Source: the human T2T-CHM13v2.0 reference genome, Homo sapiens
Strand: one strand, 5' to 3'
Assembly: GCF_009914755.1 (NCBI RefSeq)
Contig: NC_060932.1
Length of the DNA stretch: 64,000 nucleotides
Under the pieces are notes generated by a model. That model had not been told where the DNA came from and ran no database searches. It was given only the letters and a program-made list of their open reading frames with translations. Positions 43,721 through 57,762 of this stretch are shown here, one piece after another; position 1 is the stretch's first letter, and the number at the start of each line of letters is the position of its first letter. Position numbers and translations under genes: made by a program.

Positions 43721-46700
43721 ACTTAAATGTCCAAAATAAGAAAATTATCAAGTAAATTATTGTATGTTTATGTAATGATTACTATGCAGTCAGTTTTTAA
43801 GATGCAGAACTAGATGTGCTGACCTAGAAAAAAGTCCATGAGATATTGTCAAGAAAAAAGTTTCAGAACCATGTAACTTATAGAATCTCATTCTTATAAA
43901 ATACATGTAAATAAATCATCCTTATAACTACTGGTGTGTGTGTGTGTGAGAGAGAGAGAGAATGTGAGTGTGTGTGGGTGTGTGTGGGTGTAGGCTAAGA
44001 AAAAAAAAATCTGGAAGGATAGCAACTAAAAAGATGACTGTTGTCAGCTATGGGTAGTGGAATTTGTATACCTTTCACTTTTTCTTTGTACATTTCTGTT
44101 TCATTCAATTATGTATTACAATTATGTATTAGCAAAGAATAAGACAGAAGATATGAATGGGAATACAGCAGGAAAAGTCAGTAGATTTGTATTCCAAAAA
44201 CATTATTTGTATTCACACCTTCATTTTCCACAAATTATGAAAAACAAATGCTTTAGTTTATCATAAAAATAGGAATGATGGTTACAAATCTCTTCTCAGA
44301 TATGAGTAAAAGTATTATGTATCGCTTATAGGTCAAATATGAATTCTGGCTATTATTATATTTAGTATACATCTTCACTTTAAAATATTATAATCACATA
44401 TAAAATATTACAAAACAAATCTAAAACTAATATGGGTTTCCTGATTTTGTTCTCCAACAAAATCAAAGTCATGCCTCTTAGGCAAAGGCCACCATCAAAG
44501 AACTCAGGGTTTACAATGCAAAAAGCAGCAGATTTGTATTTTAGGATATTTAACAGGGTCTAGTCTCACTCAAGTCCTTGCTATTGTTCCCAAAGATGTC
44601 CTTATTCCTTCAGAAAAAGATAAATGGTTGCAATTGTCCCTATTAGGATGGAGAATAATCAAAAGGAAAGCACTTCCTCACTAATTCCCATCTCCATAGA
44701 AACCGCTCAGCTCCCAAGCCCCTTGTCCACATCCATCAGTCAACAGGGTTTTCTGATATTAGGCAGTCAGAGCCAGAATCCTGCATTCCTTCACATTGTG
44801 ATACCTTGAAGGGTGAGTTGAAAGAACAGAAAGACTTGTGCCAAATTTTTAAAGACCTCACTGCATCAAATTTAAATCCTTCCTGGTCTTTTTCATGTTT
44901 CTAAGAAAGTGTTCTTAACATAAGTTTAAAAGGCCCATGTGAAACGGGCCTCTTATCAGAGTGCCCTTAATCCTGAATATCCTAAATGTCCCTTTCTGTT
45001 ATTTACACTCGAACGGTGCATTGATAAGAATTTCCTCTCTTCCCTAACTTTTTTTTAATATGAATATCCTCAGAAGAGTGAGAGCAGGCTGTGGGAATAT
45101 TCACCTGCTGTGTGAATACGTCAGTTTAATGTGGAAGTGATAGATGAGTATTATTCACTCCCCATGTCCCTTTGCTCCTATTCGGATTACAGGTTGGGGG
45201 ATGCTATGTTAAATAGCTGGAGTCTGACTGAAAATAATTTAACTCAGTGGCTAATTGGATTTAATAATTACACCACAGCATTAAGTGCATCAGGTTCATT
45301 GACCTGAAAAAGAATTGTCAAACTACAATTCTGGGTTTAGTTGGATCGATTGAATTTTAGAGCTAGAATTGGAGAGATTATTTAAGTCAGGATTCTAATC
45401 CTCATTTATTGGTGGAATAAGCTGGATAATTTTTTAAAAAAAGCTCATTCTATATCTGATGAAGCAGAATCAGCATTAATAGAACCCAAGGATTTATATA
45501 TTTTATATGCAATTTTTTATAATCAACTAAATTTGGAAACTACTTCCTTAGAATTGCCTATCACCCTCCCCACTGCCCATTTTATAGATAATAAAATTGG
45601 TTACATGGATATGTAGCTCCAAGAGTGTAAGCTTAGTGCTTTAAGAGACAGATGGTAAATGAGGGGCTGGGCCAGGATAAGACAATAGGGAGCGGTGAGG
45701 ATAATGGCCAAGACAGCAAAAGCTCCAGAGCCAAGGGATGGCCACATTCAGCTCTGATCAAACGTGGTTGGAAAACATGCAGGCCCAGTATCAACCGATT
45801 GTCCCACTTGTTTCAAGAGGAACTGGAAATCCATATTTTTAGGTGTAATTTTCCAATTTCCTAAATACTATAAGAAAAATATAATGTATTTTTGGAGTGA
45901 ATCTTGGCCTTTGCCTGCCAGTTTTCCACCTCTTTGTATAAAAGACTTATCTAAGATCATGCAAAGAGCAAGGAGCAACATTGAAGGAATAATTGAGATT
46001 TTTTTTTGGATCTCAAGGCAATTATTTCCTCTACCCTAGGCTCCCATTTCTTCTACCCCAGGCTCCCATTTCTTCAAGTGATAGCAACTTGTAGAAGACC
46101 GAGGGAGCATGATTTTTAAATTTCTCCCAATTCTGGATTCTGTAATTTTATGCTAGTCAACATCTAGAGTTTTTATAGTGATTTTGCATCCTTCTAAAAG
46201 GAGACTCATTTGGCGTTTAAAATGGCATAGTTCATTCTCTGGTTAAAGTCAAAGCTAATGGCTTAATGAACACATGAAACCATTTCCCTAATTATGTCTC
46301 CGCTCCAGACCAACAATCAGAAGCCAACTGCTCTGTGTCTCTGTTTTATTATACCTGTCTTTGAAAAACAGTGAACTTTTAAAGTATATATTACTAATCT
46401 TAATACTGGGCTTCAGGAAATGTTGTTCGTGACTGTAGGCAAAAAGCTTAGGTGCACTCACTGAGCAAGTTAAAACACTCTTGTACATTACCATTTCCTA
46501 TTACTTGCAATGACCATTTACCACCAGCTCTTGCCCCACCAGCCCTAGCAGCAACATTTCCTCCCATTTTTCCACTTTCCTGAGCCACAGGAAACCCAGT
46601 GGCAACAATCTATGGCTGATAAGTGCCTGAGTAACAAGGTACTGAAAAGGCTTCCAGGGCTAAAAGCATCTTTCTCAAGAGGCATGAAATTCCACACTTG

Positions 46701-47565
46701 ACTTTCTCACACCCCTTGAAATTCTATCCCTTAGAAATGCATTTTGGTTAACTTGCTGACCTCTTTTCAAACTTAAAACCCCCTGGTACAGCTGCACCCT
46801 AGGGTGGCTTTGCTTAACAGTTTGCTTTACTTGAGATCCATGGTTTTTCAGAAGAAAATGCAGAGGAAAAGGAACTTAGGGACCTGGGTCACTTCAGAGG
46901 GTCACAGATCAGTTGAGGCCTGGGGAGAGTAGGGGGTACCAAGCAGTAAAAATATTTTGTACTGCTGGATGTGAAAGAGAAGACAAGAAAGGAAACTGGA
47001 AATAGACCCAAGTCAAACTTATCTTACCCCAGTATTTTACATGGCGATGGATGTCTTGTGGAGGAGTCAGAAAGTCGGGCCTGGACACTATTGCCCGCCA
47101 TACAGGGGAAAGCTTCAAGGCTCTAAAATTGTGTTCCTTTCTTGTCATACCTACTTTCCTCCCTTCCCACCACGTGTTTTTTTCATCTTGAGTTAGTAAT
47201 TACTTTTTACATTGAAATTTTATGACAGCTGACCATGGTTTGTTTTCAAGTCATTATAAAGATCAGTTAAGGCATTTTCATTAAGACCTAAACCAAGAAA
47301 AATCCTTGTATTGATCACACACACACACACTTAATTCATTTTTTAATTAGTTAATGATTTTTCCTTAGAAACATCTCTGTATTAATGATATGTACTAGAA
47401 GAAAGAAAAGGTTCACCACTTTGTTGTTTTAGTATCAATAACTGTTGAAATTTCAACTGTTACAAGTAGTTGACTTTAGAGAGTGTTTTCTTGTCTAAAG
47501 TACCAGATCAGCTGAGAATGAATCTATGGAGCAATGTGTTCCAAGGGCCTGTGGCCTTTTCTTTT

Positions 47566-47861
47566 CTTTTTTTTTTTTTTGAGATGGAGTCTCGCTCTGT
47601 CGCCCAGGCTGGAGTGCAGTGGTGCGATCTCGGCTGACCATAAGCTCTGCCTCCTGGGTTCACGCCATTCTCCTGCCTCAGCTCCCCCAGTAGCTGGGAC
47701 TACAAGCGCCCGCCACCATGCCAGGCTAATTTTTTGTATTTTTAGTAGAGATGGGGTTTCACCGTGTTAGCCAGGATGGTCTCGACCTCCTGACTTCGTG
47801 ATCCACCTGCCTCAGCCTCCCAAAGTGCTGGGATTACAGGCGTGAGCCACCGAGCCTGGCC
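47566..47861 (-). mobile_element. AluY
   Basis: ttcacgccattctcc and ccgtgttagccaggatgg diagnostics; 13-bp TSD ggccttttctttt. Confidence 0.95.
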
Positions 47862-48129
47862 GGCCTTTTCTTTTTTTAACTTAAAAAATGGTAAGTTTGT
47901 TTGTTACGTAAAAATGAATTCAACAATAATAATAATTTGCATGCTTTCTGTCTTTCCTTCTTTCTTTTGCTCAAAAATAATGTACTGAATGCCAACGGTA
48001 TGCTAGGCTTTTTTTAGCATCTTGGGATGCAAAGCTGAATATAACACAATCAATATATATATTGATCAAAATCCAGAGGTCATTTGTTTATTCTGGAATA
48101 AAGGCATCAATAAAGGTCTGGAATAAAGG

Positions 48130-48366
48130 TCTGTCCTATCAGACCTTTTTTTTCCAATCATATTTCTGTACGGCTGTCCATACTTTATTGAACCTGACCA
48201 TAAAAATGAACCATTCCCTCTGTATCTTTAGGTTTTCATTCTGAAGGCTCCCATGAGTACATGTTAAATAAATTTACATACCTTTTCTCCTGTTAATATG
48301 CCTTTAGTGAGTTATTTTTCAGTAAACTTCAGCAGGTAAAGGGGAAGTTCTCCCTTGGCCCCTACA
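48130..48366 (+). mobile_element. ERV1 LTR 3' fragment (MER34-like)
   Basis: ttcattctgaaggctccc...aaataaattt...ggggaagttctcccttggcccctaca. Confidence 0.7.
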
Positions 48367-49456
48367 TTAGGGACACAAAACCAGGTCTATCTGATTCCAA
48401 AGACCGGCTCTTAGCTACTATGCTATAGTTCTTTCCAACATTGAGGAGGAAAACCGGCAACGCACCATCAGTCTGCCACCTGAGAGTCATTCACGAATGT
48501 TGGATAAATGCTGAATGAATGTTCAAGTCACGTAGCAAATTAGCGGCAGAGCTGAACGTAGAAAGAAACCAGGTGTCCCACCAGTGTTCTTCCCATGACC
48601 ACACTTGGCAGCAATCTACCTTGGACCCAATTTAGACAGACGAAGTTGTCAAACTCGCACGAGAAAAGTTACAGAAGGTCTGGCCTTATGTTGAACTCTC
48701 CAGCCTCTGAGTTAAATCTTTCAAAACCTCATCTCCTTGCAGGTTACTGCCAGCCCAGCGGGGTGGCTCAGGCAGGAGCTGACCCTTTAAATGGCCTAAT
48801 AATCAGACCTTGAAAAGTCCAACAGTAGCCTCAGAAAGCCAGATGAGATGAGGATCGGGGCCTGTAGTATGACAATAAAGAGCCCTAACCAAGTTTTAAT
48901 TTTTCACATAAAATGAGCTCGGCAAAACAAAAAACCAAAGCACTTGGAAAAGAGAGCTCTCATTCCATACCATACTTTGAACATTACCTAAAACACAATT
49001 TCTCATTGAAAAAAAACTTAGAAAAAGTTTGACTTCACCACAAAGAAAATGAAGGTATATACCAAGGAGACATTTATCTTCCAGGAATTTAACTATGAAA
49101 TAATTAAATTCAACAGAGTATGTAATTACACAAAAATGAAACCTGATCTCCCTAGAAATTTCCCCTCTGCTATCTCAGGGGAATGAGCCAGACCCTGCAT
49201 TTCTTCTTGTTTGCATTTTCTGCATTAATCTCGCTGCAATTTGTAACAAGAGGTCCCAGTATTAACCTTCAGATTGGTTTCACATCTTCTGGAGCTCCCA
49301 AGTAGGGGAAGAGTCAGTTTTGCCATTGCTGGAGGGAGCTTTTGGGTAGAGGCGGCTGGGGGTGCAGCAGCCCTGTTGCTGTGGCCCTGTCGCTGGGGCC
49401 ATCGCTGAGCCTGACATTAGGATTCCCTGAAGAACAAAGGCCTTGCTCACTCTGGG

Positions 49457-49509
49457 TGTTTTTGTTTTGTTTTGTTTTGTTTTGTTTTGTTTTGTTTTGT
49501 TTTGTTTTT
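49457..49509 (+). repeat. (GTTTT)n pentanucleotide repeat
   Basis: About 10 copies of gtttt. Confidence 0.95.
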
Positions 49510-52500
49510 AATGAGTATTTTTTTTTCTAACTACAAAACTCAGATAAACCTCTTGAAAATGCTCATGGGCTAAATGCTTAAACTGGCAGAATATATTTTT
49601 CAAAAAGTGTGTTTTGTGATAACTTTGTTTTATTAACATTTAGTGGTTTATTAAAACTATAATGAGATAAGATAGGAATGCATTTTTCAGATTCCAGTGA
49701 GATTTTTTTACCCTTCTATAAACTGTGTGAGCCACATAAAGTTGTAAAAAAAAAAAAAAAAAAAAAAAAACTAGATATTCTTTTCTCTTCATATTATCGT
49801 CAGTACTTTGGGAAAGAGATTTAGCATATAATATCAATTAGTTTTCCGAATGTAATTGCTTTGTGGTGCTTTATTACTTAGGAATGAACAATATTTTAGG
49901 TTACTATTTGCCATGTTTTCAGGCATCTTATGAGGAAGTGTGTAGCATTTGATAGACAAGCATTTCACTCTAAGGTATTTTTAGTTGTGTGGTTGTAGCA
50001 GGTGTAAAAAAAGAGACAGACTCACATTTGCTCTTCTACCTGCCAGGCTCTTTGCCTGCCCAACTCCCCACCCTTTTAGGTGTTTCTGAGTGGCAAAAAC
50101 TATATGAATTACAACCCTGGCTGCAATCAGTGGAAAAGCTCAGATACTATTTTTCCTAGCTTGCATACATATTTTATGTCTTTTGCCAGATGAAAAGATT
50201 GGCAATACAGTAAAAGAAGCACCACAGTGGTTCACTATTTCTATTTTCCTGGTTTTCCTGATGAACCACCTTCTGGCAATTTCAGGACTCTCAAGGCTGC
50301 TGCTCTCAAAGGCGGATTTGCCATGGGGGTGGGTCCCCCTCCTCCAGCGCTTTCCTCTTGCCTTCACTACATGAGCTGCTACTCAGGGCCCTCACTTGGC
50401 CACAACAGCCTGAATTGGAGGTTATAAATTCAAAAAAGCAAGAAAAACTTTCCACTTTCTCTGCATCTTTAGGATAAAAACACCATAACAGAGCAATGCT
50501 GTGGTCCCCAGCCTAGCTGCTCCAGGGTCTAGTTGGTTCCTAAAGAAACTGATTTTAAGTTTTTCTTTGATATATACTTTAAGGCAATAATTAGGAGCTC
50601 TCTGGGGTTGAATTTTCTCGTGTTTTAAACCCAATAGAAACACAGACTGACCTGTAGCATTTGTGAATATGCTAGTATAATTAATTCCCCAAATCGAGTC
50701 TCTGCCTTTCTCCAGGAGTCCTGTGAGGTTTACAGATTAATTCAGTTGCAGACTTAGGATCCTTACTGTGATCCTCTTCAGGGAAATAAAAAAGGCAGGA
50801 GCCTTTTGGCTTAGACTGCCAGAGTAAGAACAATAGGCCTTAACGAAGTTCTTTTTCTTTGCCCCCTTTTTGAATGATGACTTTTTACTTCAATGCAGGA
50901 AGGTTTCATGAAGGATAAGGAAAAAGATCCCCTGTTCTGTTTGTGTACAAGTGCGTATTTAATGACTGTGGGTCAAAATATATCACAAAAGCATGGTCTT
51001 TGACAAAAGGGCTGGATTTTAATCTAAAGAGGATGGTTAAGAGATTTAGAGAGAGGTGATCTAACTGTATTGTTCCCCTCAGTTATAGGGTTGTTTTTTT
51101 TTTTTAATCCACTGCCTCTTCTCAAGAGGTTGCACCCACTGTCTTCCAAGGCTGACGGTGGGAACTATTCCCCGTGCTTTTGGCATGGGAAAAGGGTGGT
51201 TTGTTTTCCTTCCTCCCCACCCCATTTCTTTTCTTTTTTGATAAAAGAGTGCAAATAATGAGTGAAGTTACAATTATACGGAGGTTGCTGAACTGACATT
51301 AACTGACGTTTTTCTGATTGCAGGATGTCTGTGGGTTCCCAGCAATTTCAATTTCAGTGACTCACTGATATTCCCTGCATTACAATACCTACATCTACCA
51401 GACCCAAACAGAGAACTCCTTATGCTGGTTTATGGTTTTCATACTTGTAAATGTATTAATTGTTTTTCATTCATGAGCATCTCTAGCTAGAAACAAATGT
51501 TTCACATAGACTTTGAAGAAGTTAAACATTAAATTTAAATGCTCTAACACTAACTGACCAAAATCAGTAATAGACTTAATTTTAGACTATTTCATTCCTG
51601 GACAGTCTTCTAAACATAGTTATTTTGTTCCCCAATGTTTTTTGGTTCGTAAGCAACTACATTTTATTTTCTTATTTACAACTACATTTGCAAATGCTAA
51701 AATTTATGGTCAGAAAATGAGTGTCTGATTCTTTTCAACTTGACATAAATCATTTGTAGATATTCAATAGAAAGCATTCACATAAAAAATAAAATCTCTA
51801 TTGTTTTTCTTTTTACTTGTATGACTTAAACCGTGAAGTGGCTAAACTGGAATTTCATAAGTCTAACTTAAGCCTCTTATGTTTGGTACAACTTTCAAAT
51901 TTTTGTTGATTAAACTGAAGGGGGGAAAAGGAAGATACTGATTTTAGAAACTAGCAATGTGCCACATGGGAAAAGACGTTCAGTTGCCAACAGGACAAAG
52001 GCCCAGCCGCCTTCCAGCATGAGCTCCCCACCCTCCTCTACAGAGCCTCTGGGATGTGCCTATCTGCCCCACTCCCTTTCCCCAAGACACATTCTGCCTT
52101 TCCCCCCTGCATGCTTTTGCTTCTTTCAAAGAACAGAAACATAATATTTTGCCAAGACTTTGCGTGCACCTTATCTATATGAGTTACATTGTAAATAGCA
52201 TTCTATTCAACTTTCAAACCATCCCCATGAGGTAGAAATCTCTATTTTACAAATTAAAAAAAAAAAAAAACAGGCACAGAAAGATTTGTCTACTTGCCCA
52301 AAGTCACAGAGCAAATAAGTGACAGAATAACTTTTTTAAAGCAATAAAGCATTGTCATTTTTGTATATATACTATATGGTAAGAGTGCGAAGAGGGTGGT
52401 CCATTCTACCTGGTGGGAAAGAAAGGGAGAGAGGTGTCAGTAAAGCCTTCATGAAAAAGGTAATAGGAGTTGAGCCCTGTAAGATGAGGAGGAACCCAGT

Positions 52501-53824
52501 TTTCTGATTCTAAAGCCAAAGTTGTTTGTACTACTCACTTTCCTCATCTCTTCATTCTCTTGGCCTATACAAATTCTACCTGTACTTCAGCACCAAGCTC
52601 AGATTCCACTTCCTTCATGAAAACTTGCTGACCACCTCTGTCCTTTGAACTTCCAGAGCAATTATTTATTAGGCAATTTAATTGATGAATAATGTCACTT
52701 TGTGAGATCCCTTTATCAATGAAACATGTTATAAATTCTTACGTGTTCATCTGTATTTGTGATTGATCACATCAAGTACACAGCAAGCGTTCTTTTTTTT
52801 ATACGTTTTATTGTATTTCTCATAGTGCTTTGGAGAACATCTCAAAATTATTAGGGGCTTAACAGATCTTTCGTATTATTTTAGCTCTATTTTGTTGATT
52901 AAAACTGACAGTTACAAAAATCCTAACTGCATATCCCCCACTACTATACAAGTATCATAAAGACATTAAACATTCAGAACAATGAAGGGATAAGAGGCAG
53001 TCAATCTAATTATAGAAACATCTAAATTAAAAATACCTTAAATAAGTGAAATCTTTTCCAAGTAATCCAAACAAAGCAAATGTAAACAATTGTCCACCTG
53101 ATATTTTTTCTTGACTCATCTCCTCATCATTCCCCTTTTGTCTCTACCAGAACTGCCCTCGATAGCCCTTGATGGGTAACACTTTCTTGCATACACATAT
53201 CTGTCTCCATGGCAGGCTTCTTCCATTAGACACCACTGCACTGGGACCAAAGACTGTGACCTGTTTATTCTCATGTCTCCAGCACCAGCACAGGACCTGA
53301 CTAGTACATAGTACATGCTTCATGTTGAGTGAATCGATGAAGGAATGGGGACATACATTTAATTATAATCCCAGATAGGAGCTATCCAGAGAAACCTTCA
53401 CAGGGAGCCATGTGGGCACATGGTGGGGGTCAATGCTTACTTGGTCAACAAAAGATCAGTGAGTATGTAAGGAGGGAACACATTCTAAGTAGAAGATCCA
53501 TGTGTGAGGGCAAAGACTGTGAGTCAGAGATGTTCAAAGAATGGCTGACAGAATGGCCACAGAAGCCCTGTAGGAAAAAAATCACCCCAGCCCCACTGGG
53601 ATCCCAGCACCCCAGACACCACCAGGCATAAGTCCTCCTTCCCAAGCGAACAGATAGGATTTCAACAGATAGTGTCTTCTATCTCTAAGCAAGTTATTTC
53701 ATAATCTGTTTCCTTTCTCAGAGATAACCTGCTTATCTATTAAAAAGAGAAACATATGCTGTCTATAGTTGCTCTGCATAAAAGTCCTTCTTAATTTACA
53801 AATTATGCTCTTTCTCATGTTTTT

Positions 53825-54571
53825 TAAAAATAGAAATAACCAAAACAGTTTTGAAAAAAATGTTGGAGAGCTTATAATACTTGATTTCAGGACTTACTAT
53901 AAAGATACAATAATCAAGATAGTGTGGTATTAGCAAAACAAACTAGCAAGCAAAGATATATAGATCAATGGAACAGAATGGAGTATAGACACACACATGT
54001 ATGGTCAATTGATTTTTTGACAAAGGTGCCAAGGTAATTCAATGGAAAGAAGATAGTCGTTTCAACAAATGGTGCTGGACTAATTAGCTACACACAATTT
54101 TTTTTAACTTATCTAACGTCATATACAAAATTAATTCAAAATAGATCATAGGCCTAACAGACAAACTTAAACTATAAAATTTGTAGAAAAAAAAAGAAGA
54201 AAATAGTTATGACCTGGGGTTAGGCAAGATTTCTTAGATAGGACACAAAAAGTATAACTCAAAAATCATGAAAGAAAAAAATGGACAAATTGGACTTAAT
54301 TGAAATTTAAAACACCTGCTCATCAAAATAAACTGTTAAGAAAATGAAAAGATAATTCACAGACTGGGAAAAAAAATATTGCAATTCACAAACATAACAA
54401 AGACCTTATGTCCAGACTGTACAAAGAACTCTCAAAACCTATAAGACAAACAACCCAATTACATAAATAAATAAATGCAAAGTGTTTAAATGTATGAGAT
54501 CACATTTCTGCTCTGTATTTCTGCTCAAGTTTGCTATGAAACTAAAACTGCCCTAAGAAATAATGTTTATT
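53825..54571 (+). mobile_element. Old L1M ORF2 3' part joined to a 3'UTR end
   Basis: ttactataaagatacaataatcaagatagtgtggtatt; ttttgacaaaggtgccaag; ttcaacaaatggtgctgga. Confidence 0.85.
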
Positions 54572-54870
<299 letters not shown>

Positions 54871-54896
54871 AATAATTTTTATTAAATATGTTTTTA

Positions 54897-55200
54897 GGCT
54901 GGGACAATGGTGCACGCCTATAATCCCAGCACTTTGGGAGACCAAGGCCAGCGGATCACTTGAGCCCCAGGAGCTGAAGAACAGCCTGGGCAACATGGTG
55001 AAACTCCCTCTCTACAAAAGAGTATTAAAATTAGCCGGGTGTGGTGGCGCATACCTATAGTCCCAGCTACTTGGGAGGCTGAGCTGGGAGGACCTGAGCC
55101 TGTGAAGGTCGAGACTGCAGTGAGCTGTGATCATACCACTGCACTCCAGACTGGGCAACAGAGTGAGACCCTATCTTGAAAAAGTAAATAAATAAATAAA
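54897..55200 (+). mobile_element. AluJ
   Basis: ggatcacttgagccc...gactgcagtgagctgtgatcatacc, with a (TAAA)n tail. Confidence 0.9.
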
Positions 55201-56044
55201 TATGTATGTTTTTAAATTTTATGTAATTAAATATGAGGAAGCAATTCTAAAAAGAACAGTATTTTCTTCCTTTTTTCCATATGAAATAAGAATTTTATAC
55301 TACTGCACCAAGCTTAAGGCAATAATTCAAATTGAAGTTCCAGTAAATGATGTTTTCAAAACTCTGTAAGTAGTTTAGACCTTTATAAGCCTTTATAAGC
55401 AGTTTTTTTAAGCACTTCCTGGGCAAGCCTGGGCTTTTCACCTTGGTGGTTATTCTGAAGGCAAGTTCATAGCTTTGGTTCACTCAAACTGGTGAGCTTC
55501 GCACAAAGTAAAACAATGTTCCAGTACCTTGGCAGCATGCCAGTCGTGGATACCTCTCTTACAGAAGGGATTTTTTAAATCACAAAGTGGACTGATCCAG
55601 TGTGGATGGCTTACTATAAACTCATTACCATTTTGAATAAAACAACTGAAAATGGTCTTCCTGCACTGGGCCAGAGGAATACTTTATTTATGTTAAACAA
55701 TGGTACATCACTGAGGATTTGTAAATTGAAGATTACAGAAGTCAGACTACTAATTCCTCACTGAATAGGGTAGCTAACCCTCTAAGACTCCACCACTTGG
55801 TTGTGACCCTGTAACTCTGCCTGGACAAATCCAAGTTTGTGTTATTAAACCACCATAATTATTTCAGCAAAACATCTCTTTCATTAGGGGATTGTAGAAG
55901 GCCAGTTAATAGCCCTCCATTGCAGCAGCTATCTCTAAATTTATTTTGGAAAGCACAATACCTGAATGGGCCTCATTCTGTGAGCCGTGGTTCCTGCCCT
56001 TCCATCTCACTGGGCAGCATGGCTGCTGTCATTTTATTAATAGT

Positions 56045-56448
56045 TGATATGGTTTGGATCTGTGTCCCCATTCAAAGCTCATATTGAATTGTAATCCCCA
56101 GTATTGGAGGTGGGGCTGGTGGGAGGTGATTGGATCATGGGGTGGATTTCTCATGAATGGGTCACCACCATCCTCTTCATGCTGTCTCACAAGAGCTGGC
56201 TGTTTAAAAGTGTGTGACACCTCTCCCCGCCTCCCTGTTGTTCCTGCTTTGCCCATGTGACAAGTCTGCTCCCCCTTTGCTTTCCTCCATGAGTGTAAGT
56301 TTCCTGAGGCCTCCTCAGAAACCAAGAAGATGTCAACACCATGCTTCCTATACAGCTCACAGAACTGTGAGCCAATTAAACCTTTTTTCTTTACACATTA
56401 CCTAGTCTCAGGTATTCCTTCATAGCAATGTGAGAATGGCCTAACACA
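56045..56448 (+). mobile_element. MST (MSTA-like) solo LTR
   Basis: tgatatggtttggatctgtgtcccc...gtaagtttcctgaggcctcc...gaactgtgagccaattaaacc...ctaacaca. Confidence 0.92.
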
Positions 56449-56904
56449 GGAGTGTTAATCAAACTCTGATTTGTGATTTGGTTCTGCCAACCAGATTGTC
56501 CTTACTCACGGAAAGAAGGAATAAATACGCTCAACACTGCCATGTGCGTCTCAGGCCCTCATTCCTTGCTGTGGTCTTCTCGCCTATAATCTACTTGTTT
56601 CGCCCTTAGTCCCATCTCAATTAGCTACAATTTAATTCCACCCAAAGCAATTTAAAACATCCCGTATTTCTTCCTGAGAAAGAGGACATAGAACACTCAG
56701 ATTGTATCACTTGTTGTGTGCAGACACAGGGACATAGACTGAAAGAAATCACTCGTAGAGAGGAAAGGAAGCCCAGCAGCACACTTTTTCCAAGGCATGC
56801 TAGAGAAAAGCAAAAGCCTTAGCAATGTTATTGATAAAAACTGCCCTGCAAGAACAAGCATAGAAGAGGCTTAGGACTATCTGAAAATGGCACTAAAAGC
56901 CTGC

Positions 56905-57762
56905 AAGAAAGATACAGGAAAAACCAATGTGTTTTCCTACTGTCTCTCACCATTCAGTACAATACTTCTGACACCAGAGGTGCGGGGGTGGTTTTCCCTA
57001 CACACCAACCAAGTAATCAATTCTGCAGTAGATCAGCTAGGTGTCCTGTAATTCAATTTAATTATGACACTATCTATCAGCATCAGATCCCACAGATTGA
57101 GATCTCAGTCCCACAACACTGCCCCCCTCCACTTCAGATGCTAGTCAAAATCCCCAGGTTGTGACCTGTGCTTCTAACTGACCAGCTATAAATTGGGGTT
57201 CCCACTACCCTTCCTTGGGTTAGCTTTATGTACTAGATCTATTCACAAAACTCAAGGAAACACTTAACTTGTGTTTACCAGCTTATTGTAAAGGATATTA
57301 CAAAGGATACAGATAAACAGCCAGATGAATGGATGGATAGGGCGAGGTATGAGGGAAGGGGTATGGAGTTTCCATGCCCTTATCAGGCACACTGCCCTCC
57401 AGGAACCTCCATGTGTTCAGCTCTCCAGAAGCTTCCAGAACCCAGTCTTTTGGGGTTTATATGGAGGCTTCATTACATAGGCATGATTGATTACATCACT
57501 GGCCATTGGTGATCAACCCAACCTTCAGCTCTCACACCTCCTTGCAATTTGGGAGGTGGGACTGAAAGTTCCAATCCTCTAATCATGCCTTAATCTTTCT
57601 GGTGACTAGACTCCATCCTGAAGCTACCTGGAGGTCCCAGCCACCAGTCATCTCATTAGCATACAAAAGACATTCTTATCACTCCAGAGATTCCAGGGGT
57701 TTTAGGAGCTGTATGTCAGGAAATGGGGATGAAAACCAAATATATATTTTACAAAATTGCAT
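56905..57762 (-). mobile_element. MER21-type LTR
   Basis: acttctgacaccaga...tcagatcccacag...gaccagctataaattggggttccc...ggggatgaaaaccaaatatatattt. Confidence 0.85.

Noticed and set aside
43476-43751. Glu/Gly/Arg-rich ORFs
   Set aside because: They are translations of a GA-rich low-complexity tract.
46031-46074. 22-bp direct repeat ctacc(c/t)-aggctcccatttctt
   Set aside because: A simple two-copy slippage duplication with no associated structure.
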